NCBI GenBank assembly: GCA_040902535.1
Contig: JBBDXD010000019.1
Coordinates: forward strand, 6,773-70,772
Reading direction: 5' to 3'
DNA length: 64,000 nt
From: Dehalococcoidia bacterium
GTDB taxonomy: Bacteria > Chloroflexota > Dehalococcoidia > DSTF01 > JACRBR01
In this document: positions 36,844 to 45,783 of the stretch, piece by piece
How positions within the stretch are numbered: position 1 is the stretch's first letter
Layout of the letters: the number at the start of each line of letters is the position of its first letter
Notes under the pieces: generated by a model
Seen by the model: the letters and a program-made list of their open reading frames with translations, nothing else
What the model was told of the DNA's origin: nothing
Databases searched by the model: none
Translations under genes and position numbers: made by a program

Positions 36844-37335
36844 GCGGGCTCCGAAATGCGGTCAACCGATGGGGTACGGGCAGTATAAGTCAGCCCGCCG
36901 CGAGGTGGAACGCCTGTGCGAAAACCCGCCATAACGTGCGATCGGGAACGATGTGCGACGGGCGGCGCCGTTCGTTACTTGGGACGGCGAGGGCACTGGC
37001 TGGAGTCGTCGAACTCGCCGGTGGCCTGCACGAGGCCGCAGGCCGAGCAGATGCGGCCGAGGGCGATGGCCGTCCAGCGGTGCGGGTTGGCAGGGAGCTT
37101 CCTCGGCGGCTTGGGGTCAGCGGGCACCGGGCGTCCTCTCGGGTAAGCGGGTGACGTCAAGTACAGGATTGCGATTTCATCGCAGTATCGCAAGTAGACA
37201 TTGCGATTCCGTTTCACGGCCATCCAGGTTGAATCCGCGGTTCCACGAGGCAAATCGTGCCTGCAATGCAGCCGAATGCTCTCCGATGTTGCTGTGATGG
37301 TTTTGAGATGGTGTCGAGGGCGATGATCCCGCAAG

Positions 37336-39192
37336 ATGCGGCGTAACGCTCTTTTGATAGGCGGTGCTGGATCGGCAGGTATGACCCTTCCCACACCCTT
37401 GCGCAGCATCCGGGCGCGCCTCGCCGTCATCATCGTGCTGGCGATGACGGCGCTCGTCGGATTCTTGGTCTACCAGGCGGTGCAGGACCGCTCGGACGAA
37501 AAGGTTCGCGCGCACGATGATCTTCAGCGTCTCGCGGTGTTCGCGGCGCACGCGGAGCGCGAACGCTTCGAAGCGACGGAACGGCTGCTGAAGCTCGTGA
37601 CGGCGGCCGAGGCCCTGCGCAACGTCGCGCAGGATCCCACCAACCAGGAATACTTCGATGGCTGCACGCGGTCGCTGTTCATCATCGACCAGTTGTTGCC
37701 GGGCACGCGCTCGTCGCTGTACGACACCTCCGGCAACGTGCTGTGCTCCAGCCGCGCCGCTGAGCGCGGCGAATTCAGCGCCGCCGATAGCCCCTGGTTC
37801 ACGACAGCCGTCGAGCGGCAGGACTTCGCCACCGGTGGCTTCGAGTTTCATCCTCAGACGGGCGAGCCGGGACTGACGTTCGGCCTTCCGCTGCAGGATG
37901 CAACCAGGACAAACGTCGTTGCCTACCTCTCGTCGCAACTCGAGGTGAGCGAGACGGCGGAACTGCTCGAAGGCAACAACCTTCCGAACAGCGGCCGGCT
38001 CTCGGTGGTCGATGCGAACGGCATCGTCATCAACTCCTCGGGGTTCCCACCCGGCGAGGCGCTGCCGTGGTTCCCGGCGGCGTTCGGCAATCTGTCTACC
38101 TACCTGGATGCGGAAGTACTGGAAGGTCAAGGCCGCACAGGCGCCGGCGTCCGCATCACGGATGGAGGCGACGCGCTGGTCGCGGTCGTTGTTTCCGGCG
38201 ATACGGACGCCCTGGTGACGCCGCTGTTCGAATCGTTGAGGAACGACCTGCTGCCGGTGGCGATCGTCACGCTGTTGACCCTCATCGCTGTATGGATGCT
38301 CAGCCACCAGTGGATCGTGCGCCCCGTCGGCTCGCTGGTCCGCGCGAGCGATCGGCTGGCCGCCGGCGAACTGGGCGCGCGCGCGGAAGTCGTCGGAGGC
38401 GTGAGCGAATTCCAGCGACTGGCGGCGGCGTTCAACGAGATGGCCGATACCCGCGAGCGCGCCAGCGAGGCGAAAGACGAATTCCTCGGCCTCGTGTCCC
38501 ATGAGTTGAAGACGCCGATCACGACGACGCTGGGCAACGCGGAGATCCTGCGCTATCGCGGCGAGCAGCTCGACCCGGAGTTGCGCCAGACAGCGCTCGA
38601 CGACATCCACGAGAGCGCGCTGCGTCTTGCATCGCTCATCGACAACTTGCTGGTGCTGGCGCGGCTCGAGCGCGGCGTCGCGCTGGAGACCGAGCCGCTG
38701 GCGTTGATGCGCATGGCGCAGGAAACCAGCGACCAGCTATTGCGAAGCCATCCAGACCGGCACGTCGTCGTGCGCGGCGAGAGCAAGGTCCTCGCGCTCG
38801 GCGGCGAGACGTACGTCGAACAGGTGGTGCAAAACCTCATCGCCAACGCGGTCAAGTACAGCCCGCACGATGAACCCGTCGAGGTGGTCGTCGAGGACGA
38901 CGGCGGCATGGCGGTCGTGCGCGTGCTCGACCGCGGCCCCGGCATCGAGGAGGCAGAGCGAGAGGCGATCTTCGAGCCGTTCTACCGGTCCGAGCGCACG
39001 GCGGCGGCGGCGGAAGGTATCGGCATCGGCCTGTCCGTATGCCGCAGACTGATCGAAGCCATGGGCGGCACGATCTGGTATTCGGAACGGCCCGACCGCG
39101 GCGGCGAGTTCGCGTTCAGCCTGCCGCTCGTCCCGGTGGAAGAGAACCTGCGCGTCCTTGACGACGAGCAGCTCAAGGTCGTCACTGCGTGA
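37336..39192 (+). CDS. sensor histidine kinase (TM-sensor-HAMP-HisKA-HATPase)
   Basis: HisKA H-box LGLVSHELKTP; N, G1, G2 boxes (NLIANAVKYS, DRGPGI, GIGIGL); no adjacent response regulator. Confidence 0.8.
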   Translation: MRRNALLIGGAGSAGMTLPTPLRSIRARLAVIIVLAMTALVGFLVYQAVQDRSDEKVRAHDDLQRLAVFAAHAERERFEATERLLKLVTAAEALRNVAQDPTNQEYFDGCTRSLFIIDQLLPGTRSSLYDTSGNVLCSSRAAERGEFSAADSPWFTTAVERQDFATGGFEFHPQTGEPGLTFGLPLQDATRTNVVAYLSSQLEVSETAELLEGNNLPNSGRLSVVDANGIVINSSGFPPGEALPWFPAAFGNLSTYLDAEVLEGQGRTGAGVRITDGGDALVAVVVSGDTDALVTPLFESLRNDLLPVAIVTLLTLIAVWMLSHQWIVRPVGSLVRASDRLAAGELGARAEVVGGVSEFQRLAAAFNEMADTRERASEAKDEFLGLVSHELKTPITTTLGNAEILRYRGEQLDPELRQTALDDIHESALRLASLIDNLLVLARLERGVALETEPLALMRMAQETSDQLLRSHPDRHVVVRGESKVLALGGETYVEQVVQNLIANAVKYSPHDEPVEVVVEDDGGMAVVRVLDRGPGIEEAEREAIFEPFYRSERTAAAAEGIGIGLSVCRRLIEAMGGTIWYSERPDRGGEFAFSLPLVPVEENLRVLDDEQLKVVTA

Positions 39193-39289
39193 CGGACGAG
39201 TCGTAAGTGTTCAGTGTTGTAAGTTTTAAGTAGGACGTCGGGGCGGTCACACCACCACGCGTAGCAACCCGAAGCGCACGCTCCGAAAG

Positions 39290-39345
39290 CGGAAAGTAGG
39301 GACGTAGCTTTAGCTGTGTCCGCGCGCGGATACTCCCGCGCGCAC
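39290..39345. repeat. inverted copy of REP-like element (agtagggacgtagc ... gtccgcgcgcggatactcccgcgcgcac)
   Basis: Reverse complement of gctacgtccctact and of gtgcgcgggaacatccgcgcgcggac seen at 33895-33944. Confidence 0.65.
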
Positions 39346-39375
39346 GGGCGGGGGCGACGTGCCTCGATTGCCCGA

Positions 39376-39441
39376 CTTCACTTAAGACTTACAACTGAAA
39401 ACTGACAACTAACTGCAGACTTACAACTGACAACTCGCCCC
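39376..39441. repeat. degenerate heptamer/low-complexity array (acttaca actgaaa actgaca ... caactgacaact)
   Basis: Abuts stop of GS gene; reverse-complementary in motif to array at 40837-40878. Confidence 0.55.
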
Positions 39442-40824
39442 TCACACCTGCTCGAAGTAGCGGCGGCGCTCCCATTCGGTGACGGCGCGGCTTCCCTTGT
39501 CCACCTCCCACCGCCGCATGGCGACGTAGTGGTCGACGAAGGCGTCGCCGAAGCAGTCGCGCGCCAGGCTGCTCGCTTCGAAGAGCGCTATCGCCTCGCC
39601 GAGCGTGGCGGGCAGCGGCGTAAGGCCTTCTGACTTGTACACGTCGGACTGCATCGGCGGCGGCGGCGCCAGGTTGCGCTCGATGCCGGACAGGCCGCCG
39701 GCGATGCACGCGGCGAACCCCAGGTACGCGCAGACGTCGGCGCCCGGCGTGCGGTTTTCGACGCGCATGCCGGTCGCGTTCGGCGCGATCGCACGGATCG
39801 CCGCCGTGCGGTTCTCGATGCCCCACGTCGCTGCCGTCGGCGCCCAACTGCCCGCGACGTAGCGCTTGTACGAATTGATGTTCGGCGCGTAGAGCGCCAT
39901 CAACTCCGGCAGAGTTTCGAGCAGTCCGGCGGCAAACGACGACATCACCGGCGCGATGTGGTGCTCCGCCGCACCGTCCCAGAACGCGTTCGCGCCGTCG
40001 CGCCAGAGACTGACGTGCAGGTGGCCGCTGCATCCGTCCATGTCGTCGGCGTACTTGGCCATGAATGTCGGAGTACAGCCTGACTGCGCGAGGATCTCCT
40101 TCGCGCCGGACTTGAAGAGCATGCCGCGGTCCGCCGCTTCGAGCGCCGGCGCGTACCGCATATTCATCTCGTACATGCCTTCTCCGTGCTCGCGGTTATA
40201 ACCTTCGATCTCGATGCCGTACGCGTCCATGTAGCGCCGCACCGCGCCGACGACCGGCTCGTCGATGCTGGCGTGGCTGATCGAGTAGCAGTTGAGGCCG
40301 GGATTGAGCGGGCTGATGCCCTGCGGCGCAGGGGCGTAGTCCTTCTCGCGCAGGGACTGCTGGTCCTCGCGGAAGATGCGGAACTCGTACTCGGCCGCCA
40401 TCTCGGCGCTGTAGCCGAGTTGCGCGGCGCGGTCGACCATACGGCGCAGGACGGCGCGCGGCGACTGCTGCACGACGTCGCCGTGCTCGTCGTAGACGTC
40501 GCAGATGACGGCTGCGGTCGCCGGCTCCCACGGCACGATGCGGAACGTCGCGAGGTCGGGGCACAGCAGCACGTCGGCGAAGCCCGTATCGGCGCTGCCG
40601 AGCGCGAGCTTGCGGCCCGTGATCACCTCTTCGGCGATGTCCCAGCCGAAGATCACGTCGCACTGCGCGAAGCCGGGGCCGTCGCAGCCGGCGAGGAACT
40701 GCTTGGTGGAGACGCGCTTGCCGCGGTAGACGCCATCCATGTCGGGTGTACCGATCTTCACGGTCTCGACGCCGTGGTCGCGGATCAGGCGAGCGATGTC
40801 ATCGCGGGTCATGGTGGGGAGCAT
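39442..40824 (-). CDS. glutamine synthetase family protein (type I-like; GlnA/PuuA-like)
   Basis: 460 aa; beta-grasp N-domain and GS catalytic domain (…NPGLNCYSISHAS…, …RVENRTPGADV…). Confidence 0.8.
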   Translation of the reverse strand: MLPTMTRDDIARLIRDHGVETVKIGTPDMDGVYRGKRVSTKQFLAGCDGPGFAQCDVIFGWDIAEEVITGRKLALGSADTGFADVLLCPDLATFRIVPWEPATAAVICDVYDEHGDVVQQSPRAVLRRMVDRAAQLGYSAEMAAEYEFRIFREDQQSLREKDYAPAPQGISPLNPGLNCYSISHASIDEPVVGAVRRYMDAYGIEIEGYNREHGEGMYEMNMRYAPALEAADRGMLFKSGAKEILAQSGCTPTFMAKYADDMDGCSGHLHVSLWRDGANAFWDGAAEHHIAPVMSSFAAGLLETLPELMALYAPNINSYKRYVAGSWAPTAATWGIENRTAAIRAIAPNATGMRVENRTPGADVCAYLGFAACIAGGLSGIERNLAPPPPMQSDVYKSEGLTPLPATLGEAIALFEASSLARDCFGDAFVDHYVAMRRWEVDKGSRAVTEWERRRYFEQV

Positions 40825-40836
40825 GATATACGGTTC

Positions 40837-40878
40837 GTCAGTTGTCAGTTGTCAGTCGTCGGTCGTCAGTCGTCAGTG
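40837..40878. repeat. heptamer tandem array (GTCAGTT)2(GTCAGTC)(GTCGGTC)(GTCAGTC)(GTCAGTG)
   Basis: Six perfect-register heptads 13 nt upstream of GS start codon (in 5' leader as CUGACRA on mRNA strand). Confidence 0.8.
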
Positions 40879-41015
40879 GAGACGGGGCCGCCGACTCTTC
40901 GAGCCACGCCGCAGCCGCAGCGCAGGTGGAGAACAGCCGCCCTCGGCTGTTGCGCGGCGCAGCCGCGAATCCGCGACCACTTACAACTGATTACTGACCA
41001 CTGAAGACTAAAAAC

Positions 41016-42038
41016 CTACTTCTGCGCCTTGAAGGCCTCGAGTTCGGCGCCGATGTCAACGTACTTGTCGGCGACGGCTTTCAGTTCCGCCGATGCGGTC
41101 TCGCTGAAGGCGGCGACCTCGACGCGGACGCCGCGGCTCGCGATCAGCTCGACGAGGCGCCGGAAGTCGCCATCGCCCGACATCAGCACCACGACGTCGA
41201 GGCGGTCCGACATCGTCAGGATGTCGATCGCCAGTTCGATGTCGAAGTTCGCTTTCATCGAACCGTCGGCGAAGCGCTTCAGCGGCTTCGTGACAATGCG
41301 ATAGGGGTGCCCCATGAAGTGGTGCACAAAGCGCTGCTGCTCGAGCTTCGCCTGCGGGTCGTCGGTGATCGGCGCGTAGGCGCTCGCGCGTACGAGTTGG
41401 CGGTCGCGCGTGAAATAGTCCAGCACACGGCCGAAGTCGAGCGTGACGTTGCGGCGCTCCGCCGCGTAAATCACGTTCGGGACATCGACGAACAGCGCGA
41501 CGCGCGGATGCGACGTCATTGCCGGGCGGTGCGCCACCTGGCCCTGCAGGTCGCCGACGGTCTGTTGCAGGTTGCGGATCGCGGCGGTGACGTCTTTCGC
41601 GAAGGCCTCGAGCGTCGACACTTGGCGGGCGATCAGGATTTCGAGCGTCGCCGGCTCGGCGAGCGCGTCTGCCTCTTCGACGTCGACGCCGTCTACTTTG
41701 GCGCCGGGCTTCTTGCGGCCGCGGCCGCCGCGCGTGCCACGGCGGCGCTTCGTGGGGGCCGCGCCGTTGGCGTCGGAATCTGCGTCCTCGGACTCAGAGC
41801 TTGCTTGCGAGGAGGCCTTCGGCGCCGGGACATCCAGCGGCAGCGATGCTGCTTCGGCGGCCCAGTCGCGCCGTGGCGGGCGCGCGGGTGCGCGTCGCGT
41901 GCGGGTGCGCGGTGTTTTTTCGGTAGTCGTGGCGGGTTCCTTTTCGATTTTGGGGGGCGCCGGGGGCGCCTCGTCCGCGGTCTTGGACTTCCGCGTATCG
42001 CGGATCGTCTTGCGCGGCCTGTTGAAGAATTTGACCAA
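41016..42038 (-). CDS. NYN-domain (LabA-like) ribonuclease with N-terminal Lys/Arg/Pro-rich RGG-type disordered tail
   Basis: C-terminal VALFVDVPNVIYAAE...VVLMSGDGDFRRLVE NYN core; N-terminal ~130 aa low-complexity with RRRGTRGGRGRKKPG. Confidence 0.65.
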   Translation of the reverse strand: MVKFFNRPRKTIRDTRKSKTADEAPPAPPKIEKEPATTTEKTPRTRTRRAPARPPRRDWAAEAASLPLDVPAPKASSQASSESEDADSDANGAAPTKRRRGTRGGRGRKKPGAKVDGVDVEEADALAEPATLEILIARQVSTLEAFAKDVTAAIRNLQQTVGDLQGQVAHRPAMTSHPRVALFVDVPNVIYAAERRNVTLDFGRVLDYFTRDRQLVRASAYAPITDDPQAKLEQQRFVHHFMGHPYRIVTKPLKRFADGSMKANFDIELAIDILTMSDRLDVVVLMSGDGDFRRLVELIASRGVRVEVAAFSETASAELKAVADKYVDIGAELEAFKAQK

Positions 42039-42041
42039 TGC

Positions 42042-43094
42042 TTATGCCCCTGCGGCGTACTCTAGCACACTGCACCGCGCCGCCACTTGCTTCGCGACGG
42101 CGAGGAATGCCTGCGCCTGCAGGCTCTCCGGCGCGGCGTGTACGATGGGCTCACCCTCATCCGAGGCCTTGCGCGTCGCCGGGTCGATCGGCAGTTCGCC
42201 GAGGAACTCCAGCCCGAGATCTTCGGCGGCCGAGCGGGCGCCGCCGTGACCGAAGATCTCCGTGCGCTCGCCGCAGTGCGGGCAGGCGAAGTAGCTCATG
42301 TTCTCGATGATGCCGAAGATTGGCACGTTCAGCTTGTCGAACATCGACACGGCCTTCGCGGCGTCTTCCAGCGCGACGTCTTGCGGCGTGCTGACGACGA
42401 CGACGCCGGAGATCGGCGCTTCCTGCGCCATGCTCATCGAAGCGTCGCTGGTGCCCGGCGGCAGGTCGATCAGCAGGTAGTCCAACTCGCCCCAGTCGAT
42501 GTCGTGCAGCAACTGGCGCACCGCCGTCCCGATCATCGGGCCGCGCCAGACGACGGGCGTGCCGCGCGGCAGCACGAAGCCGATCGAGCAGACCTTCACG
42601 CCGTAGCGCTCTTCGACGCGCAGTCCGCCGGCCTCGACCTGCGCGCCCTGGCCGATGCCCATCATCGTCGGGATGTTCGGGCCCGTGATGTCGGCGTCCA
42701 TCAGTCCGACGCGCGCGCCGAGGCGCGCCATCGCCACGGCGAGATTCGCCGCCACCGTCGACTTTCCGACGCCGCCCTTGTTGCTGGCGACGGCGATGAT
42801 GTTGCGCACGCCTTCGATCGGGTGCTGGCCGCCGGGGCGGTGCTGCGCGACGTTCGCCTCCATCGTGACGTTCGCCTCGCGCACGCCGGGAAGTTGCAGC
42901 AGCAGTTCGCGCGCCTCGGTCTCCATCTTGTCGCGCACCGGGCACGCCGGCGTCGTGAGGACGATGCGCACGCTGACGGTGTCGCCATCGATGTCGGGCT
43001 TCTGCACGAACCCGAGCGAGACGATGTCACGGTGCAGGTCCGGGTCTTCGATCTGGCTGAGCGCGCGCAGGACGTCCTGTTCTGTGATGCTCAT
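42042..43094 (-). CDS. Mrp/NBP35/ApbC-family Fe-S cluster carrier ATPase
   Basis: N-terminal DUF59-like domain, Walker A ASNKGGVGKST, CxxC (CPHC) motif. Confidence 0.85.
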   Translation of the reverse strand: MSITEQDVLRALSQIEDPDLHRDIVSLGFVQKPDIDGDTVSVRIVLTTPACPVRDKMETEARELLLQLPGVREANVTMEANVAQHRPGGQHPIEGVRNIIAVASNKGGVGKSTVAANLAVAMARLGARVGLMDADITGPNIPTMMGIGQGAQVEAGGLRVEERYGVKVCSIGFVLPRGTPVVWRGPMIGTAVRQLLHDIDWGELDYLLIDLPPGTSDASMSMAQEAPISGVVVVSTPQDVALEDAAKAVSMFDKLNVPIFGIIENMSYFACPHCGERTEIFGHGGARSAAEDLGLEFLGELPIDPATRKASDEGEPIVHAAPESLQAQAFLAVAKQVAARCSVLEYAAGA

Positions 43095-43750
43095 GCGTTA
43101 CCTCTGTTCTGGGCGAGCACGCTGGCGGCGATCACGTAGCGGCAGCACATGGCGCAGCCGTCTTCCGGCCGCATTTCGAGGCGCACCTCCGCGCCGAAGA
43201 CCTCCGAGAGGAAGGTCTGGTGCCACTCGCAGGGGCCGCTGCCGACGTTCTCGCGAATGATGCAGTTGAAGTCCCGAAGCTCGAATCCGTCCTCGTGCTC
43301 GTGGAACTCCGCGAAGCCCCCGTACGTCTTCAGGATAGCGACCACGCGCTCCATCTTGTCCAATCCGACGGCCGCAGCGACATCGGCGCGGTGCCGGTTG
43401 GCGAGGGCGCGGGCGGCGCGGCGGACCAGGGCGTTGCGGCGCTCCACCGGTGCCGGACCGGCGACCTCGCCGGGTTCCAGCGCTCCCGCCTCTTCGATGA
43501 GCAATGCGACGAGGCGGTCGTAGCCGTCGGAGATGCGGCGGTGACCCTCGTCGGTGAGGCGGTAGCGGAAGTGAGGGCGGCCCGTCGCGCGGCGCACCTC
43601 ATCCGCCTGCACCAGGGCGTCGCGCTCGAGGGCCACCAGGTGCTGGCGGACGGTCATAGAAGCGAGGCCGATGGAGGTGGACAGATCGTCGACGGTGGCG
43701 CCGTCGGAGCGTTTTAGGAGGGTGAGGATCTCGGTTTTGGTCGAATGCAT
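43091..43750 (-). CDS. wHTH transcriptional regulator with C-terminal cysteine cluster (SufR/ArsR-like)
   Basis: N-terminal HTH (TKTEILTLLKR...LSTSIGLASMTVRQHL); C-terminal CIIREN...C...CAMCC; 4-bp overlap with Mrp gene. Confidence 0.6.
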   Translation of the reverse strand: MHSTKTEILTLLKRSDGATVDDLSTSIGLASMTVRQHLVALERDALVQADEVRRATGRPHFRYRLTDEGHRRISDGYDRLVALLIEEAGALEPGEVAGPAPVERRNALVRRAARALANRHRADVAAAVGLDKMERVVAILKTYGGFAEFHEHEDGFELRDFNCIIRENVGSGPCEWHQTFLSEVFGAEVRLEMRPEDGCAMCCRYVIAASVLAQNRGNA

Positions 43751-43953
43751 AGATAGAAATCGAACGTTTGCGCTCCCAGTATAGCTACGATTCAGCTTAG
43801 CAGGGATGGAAATGTGGCTAATTTGTAAAGGTTTTCCAGTAAAAACCGGAGGTAGCTTGACGGGGTAAAAAGTAGTGCGCCATAATAGGGCTCCAGAACC
43901 CGCTCCAGCACGTAGGGAAGGTGACGAGCGTTGGGGGATGGAAGGAGGCGCGA

Positions 43954-44186
43954 TGAGTGACGTGGCAGTGCAGGAGACCCAGGAGACCGGTGAGGTACAG
44001 GCGGTCTGCGTCCATCGCTGGGTGATCGAGAGCCCGAACGGGGCTACCAGTCACGGCACGTGCCGGAACTGTGGCGCCGAAAAAGAGTTCCCGAACTCGG
44101 CTGAGGACTACCTCTGGGAGCGCGACGTCCCGCAATCGCGCTGGACCGGGCGCTCCGACTGGAAGCCCAGCTCAGAGGGATTCTAA
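43954..44186 (+). CDS. small zinc-ribbon-like hypothetical protein
   Basis: 77 aa; GGAGG RBS 6 nt upstream; CVH...C...CRNC pattern. Confidence 0.35.
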
Positions 44187-44304
44187 GCCGCCAGCGTCAC
44201 AATCGAATAGCACCGCCAGGGGCCGCGCTCGCGCGGCCCCTTTGGCTCCCCATCGGCCACCGCGCGGTTCAAGGCGCCAGCGGCCGACCGGGAAGTGGGG
44301 ACGC

Positions 44305-44961
44305 TTAGCGGCGCGGGCGCGCGACCCTTACCAACGCGAGCGAGCCGGCACCAACCACCAGTGCGGCGGCGGCCAGTCCTAGGAATGCAATTCGGTTGAT
44401 GCCCGTGTCCGTTGCACCGCCGCCCGTGCCGGGTAGGACGTCCGCCGAAACACGCGTCCCAGTGGCAACAACCATGCAGCTCTCGGCGCGAAAGTTCGCG
44501 CTGAATCCGGCGACCACGACGCCGTCGGCGTCCCGCGCCGTGATCTCGAGCGGGTCGTAGCTGATCACCAACCACCGATCCGCGACCGGGAGCGACGGAA
44601 GCGGGAGAACGAACGATGTCGCCGTTCCCGGCAGGGTCTCGTCGAGCGTGAGTTGCTCTCGCCGGACCTGCGAAACAGGTCCGCAGACGTTACTTGCGTT
44701 GATGTTGATCGCCGAGACGCGGCCGGTAATCGATATCGATGCAGCTCCCGGAACCGGGGGCCATGTGATGCCCTCGTTGGTCAGGGCGGCGTTGATTTTC
44801 GCGATAGGCGGAGGCGTAGCCACCGTGGTCGGGGTAACAGCCAGGCTGGGAGTCTCAGCCTGACCAGCTTCCAAGCGACCAGGCGCAGCGGCTTGCGCGA
44901 GTGCTATCAATATGGCCGCGAGCAAGGTAATCGAGAAGATCGCCAATAGCGGCGCCTTCAT
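44305..44961 (-). CDS. LPXTG cell-wall-anchored surface protein (sortase substrate)
   Basis: N-terminal signal peptide; C-terminal LPGTG + hydrophobic segment + RVARPRR positive tail. Confidence 0.55.
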   Translation of the reverse strand: MKAPLLAIFSITLLAAILIALAQAAAPGRLEAGQAETPSLAVTPTTVATPPPIAKINAALTNEGITWPPVPGAASISITGRVSAININASNVCGPVSQVRREQLTLDETLPGTATSFVLPLPSLPVADRWLVISYDPLEITARDADGVVVAGFSANFRAESCMVVATGTRVSADVLPGTGGGATDTGINRIAFLGLAAAALVVGAGSLALVRVARPRR

Positions 44962-45119
44962 AGGTGTGATGCTCCTACTTCAAAAGATTAGGGATTGACA
45001 AACTGAATGGAACGCGGACACACCTGTTGATTCCCTCACGAGACTTGGCCCCGATAACGAGACACTGGGCAGATAATCTCGCGCCTGAACCGCCGCGGAT
45101 CGGGGCAGCTAACGCCAGT

Positions 45120-45425
45120 TCACGAGCCCCAGGGTTCCGAGGAGGAGACATGAAAGAGCGTCGCCTCCGGTTCTGCAGCGAGAACCTCTTCGAGGAGCGC
45201 GATCGCCTTCTGGACCGTCGGCAGCGCCTCCTGACGCTCGAGTGCGGCCCGGTCCTCGAACACCTCAAAGGCAATGAACGAATCGGGGTCAGAGAGGTCG
45301 CGGCCCATGTCGAAGCTGACAACGCCGTGCAGAATCCGGCTCGCGGCGACGACTTCGCGGAAAGCCGCCATCGCTTCTTCACTCTTGTCGGGCTGACACT
45401 GCACCTTGAAACGGACGACGATCAC
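45120..45425 (-). CDS. antibiotic-biosynthesis-monooxygenase (ABM)/Dabb-fold protein
   Basis: 101 aa ferredoxin-like MIVVRFKVQCQPDKSEEAMAAFREVV...FEVFEDRAALE. Confidence 0.65.
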   Translation of the reverse strand: MIVVRFKVQCQPDKSEEAMAAFREVVAASRILHGVVSFDMGRDLSDPDSFIAFEVFEDRAALERQEALPTVQKAIALLEEVLAAEPEATLFHVSSSEPWGS

Positions 45426-45783
45426 TGCCTACCTCCAGACCTGAGCTTACCCCAGTTTCCCGGACTGCTTGCTTCTTGGCGCATCGTGCCGCACTGCTCC
45501 TGCTCGTGAGCGCAGCAATGATAGCCCAGTATCCTCAGGCTGGGGGAGCAGCCGAGGAGGAGCCAGCCCCTACTCCTGCTGAAACACCCACCGCGCTGGC
45601 CGAACCGCCGGAGCCGAGCCCAGCGAAGGTCTGCGATTCCCCGCGGCCAGACAGGATAGATCCCAACAGGTTGACGGCGGCCCAGCGCGGCCCTCTTACT
45701 ACGCCTATCGAGGAATCTCAGGCAAACAAGGGCCGGACTTGCGGCGCACGCAGGGTTGGCCGCACCAATCAGTTGAACAGAGC

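Noticed and set aside
36880-37150. SRP RNA (ffs) upstream of dnaX
   Set aside because: Searched both strands for the conserved domain-IV GGUCCGGAAGGAAGCAGC core; only a weak GAGGAAGC match without the surrounding helix, so not called.
43818-44135. 105-aa minus-strand ORF
   Set aside because: Overlaps a plus-strand small ORF that has a strong GGAGG RBS and a Cys/His zinc-ribbon pattern; the minus frame has no RBS and odd composition.
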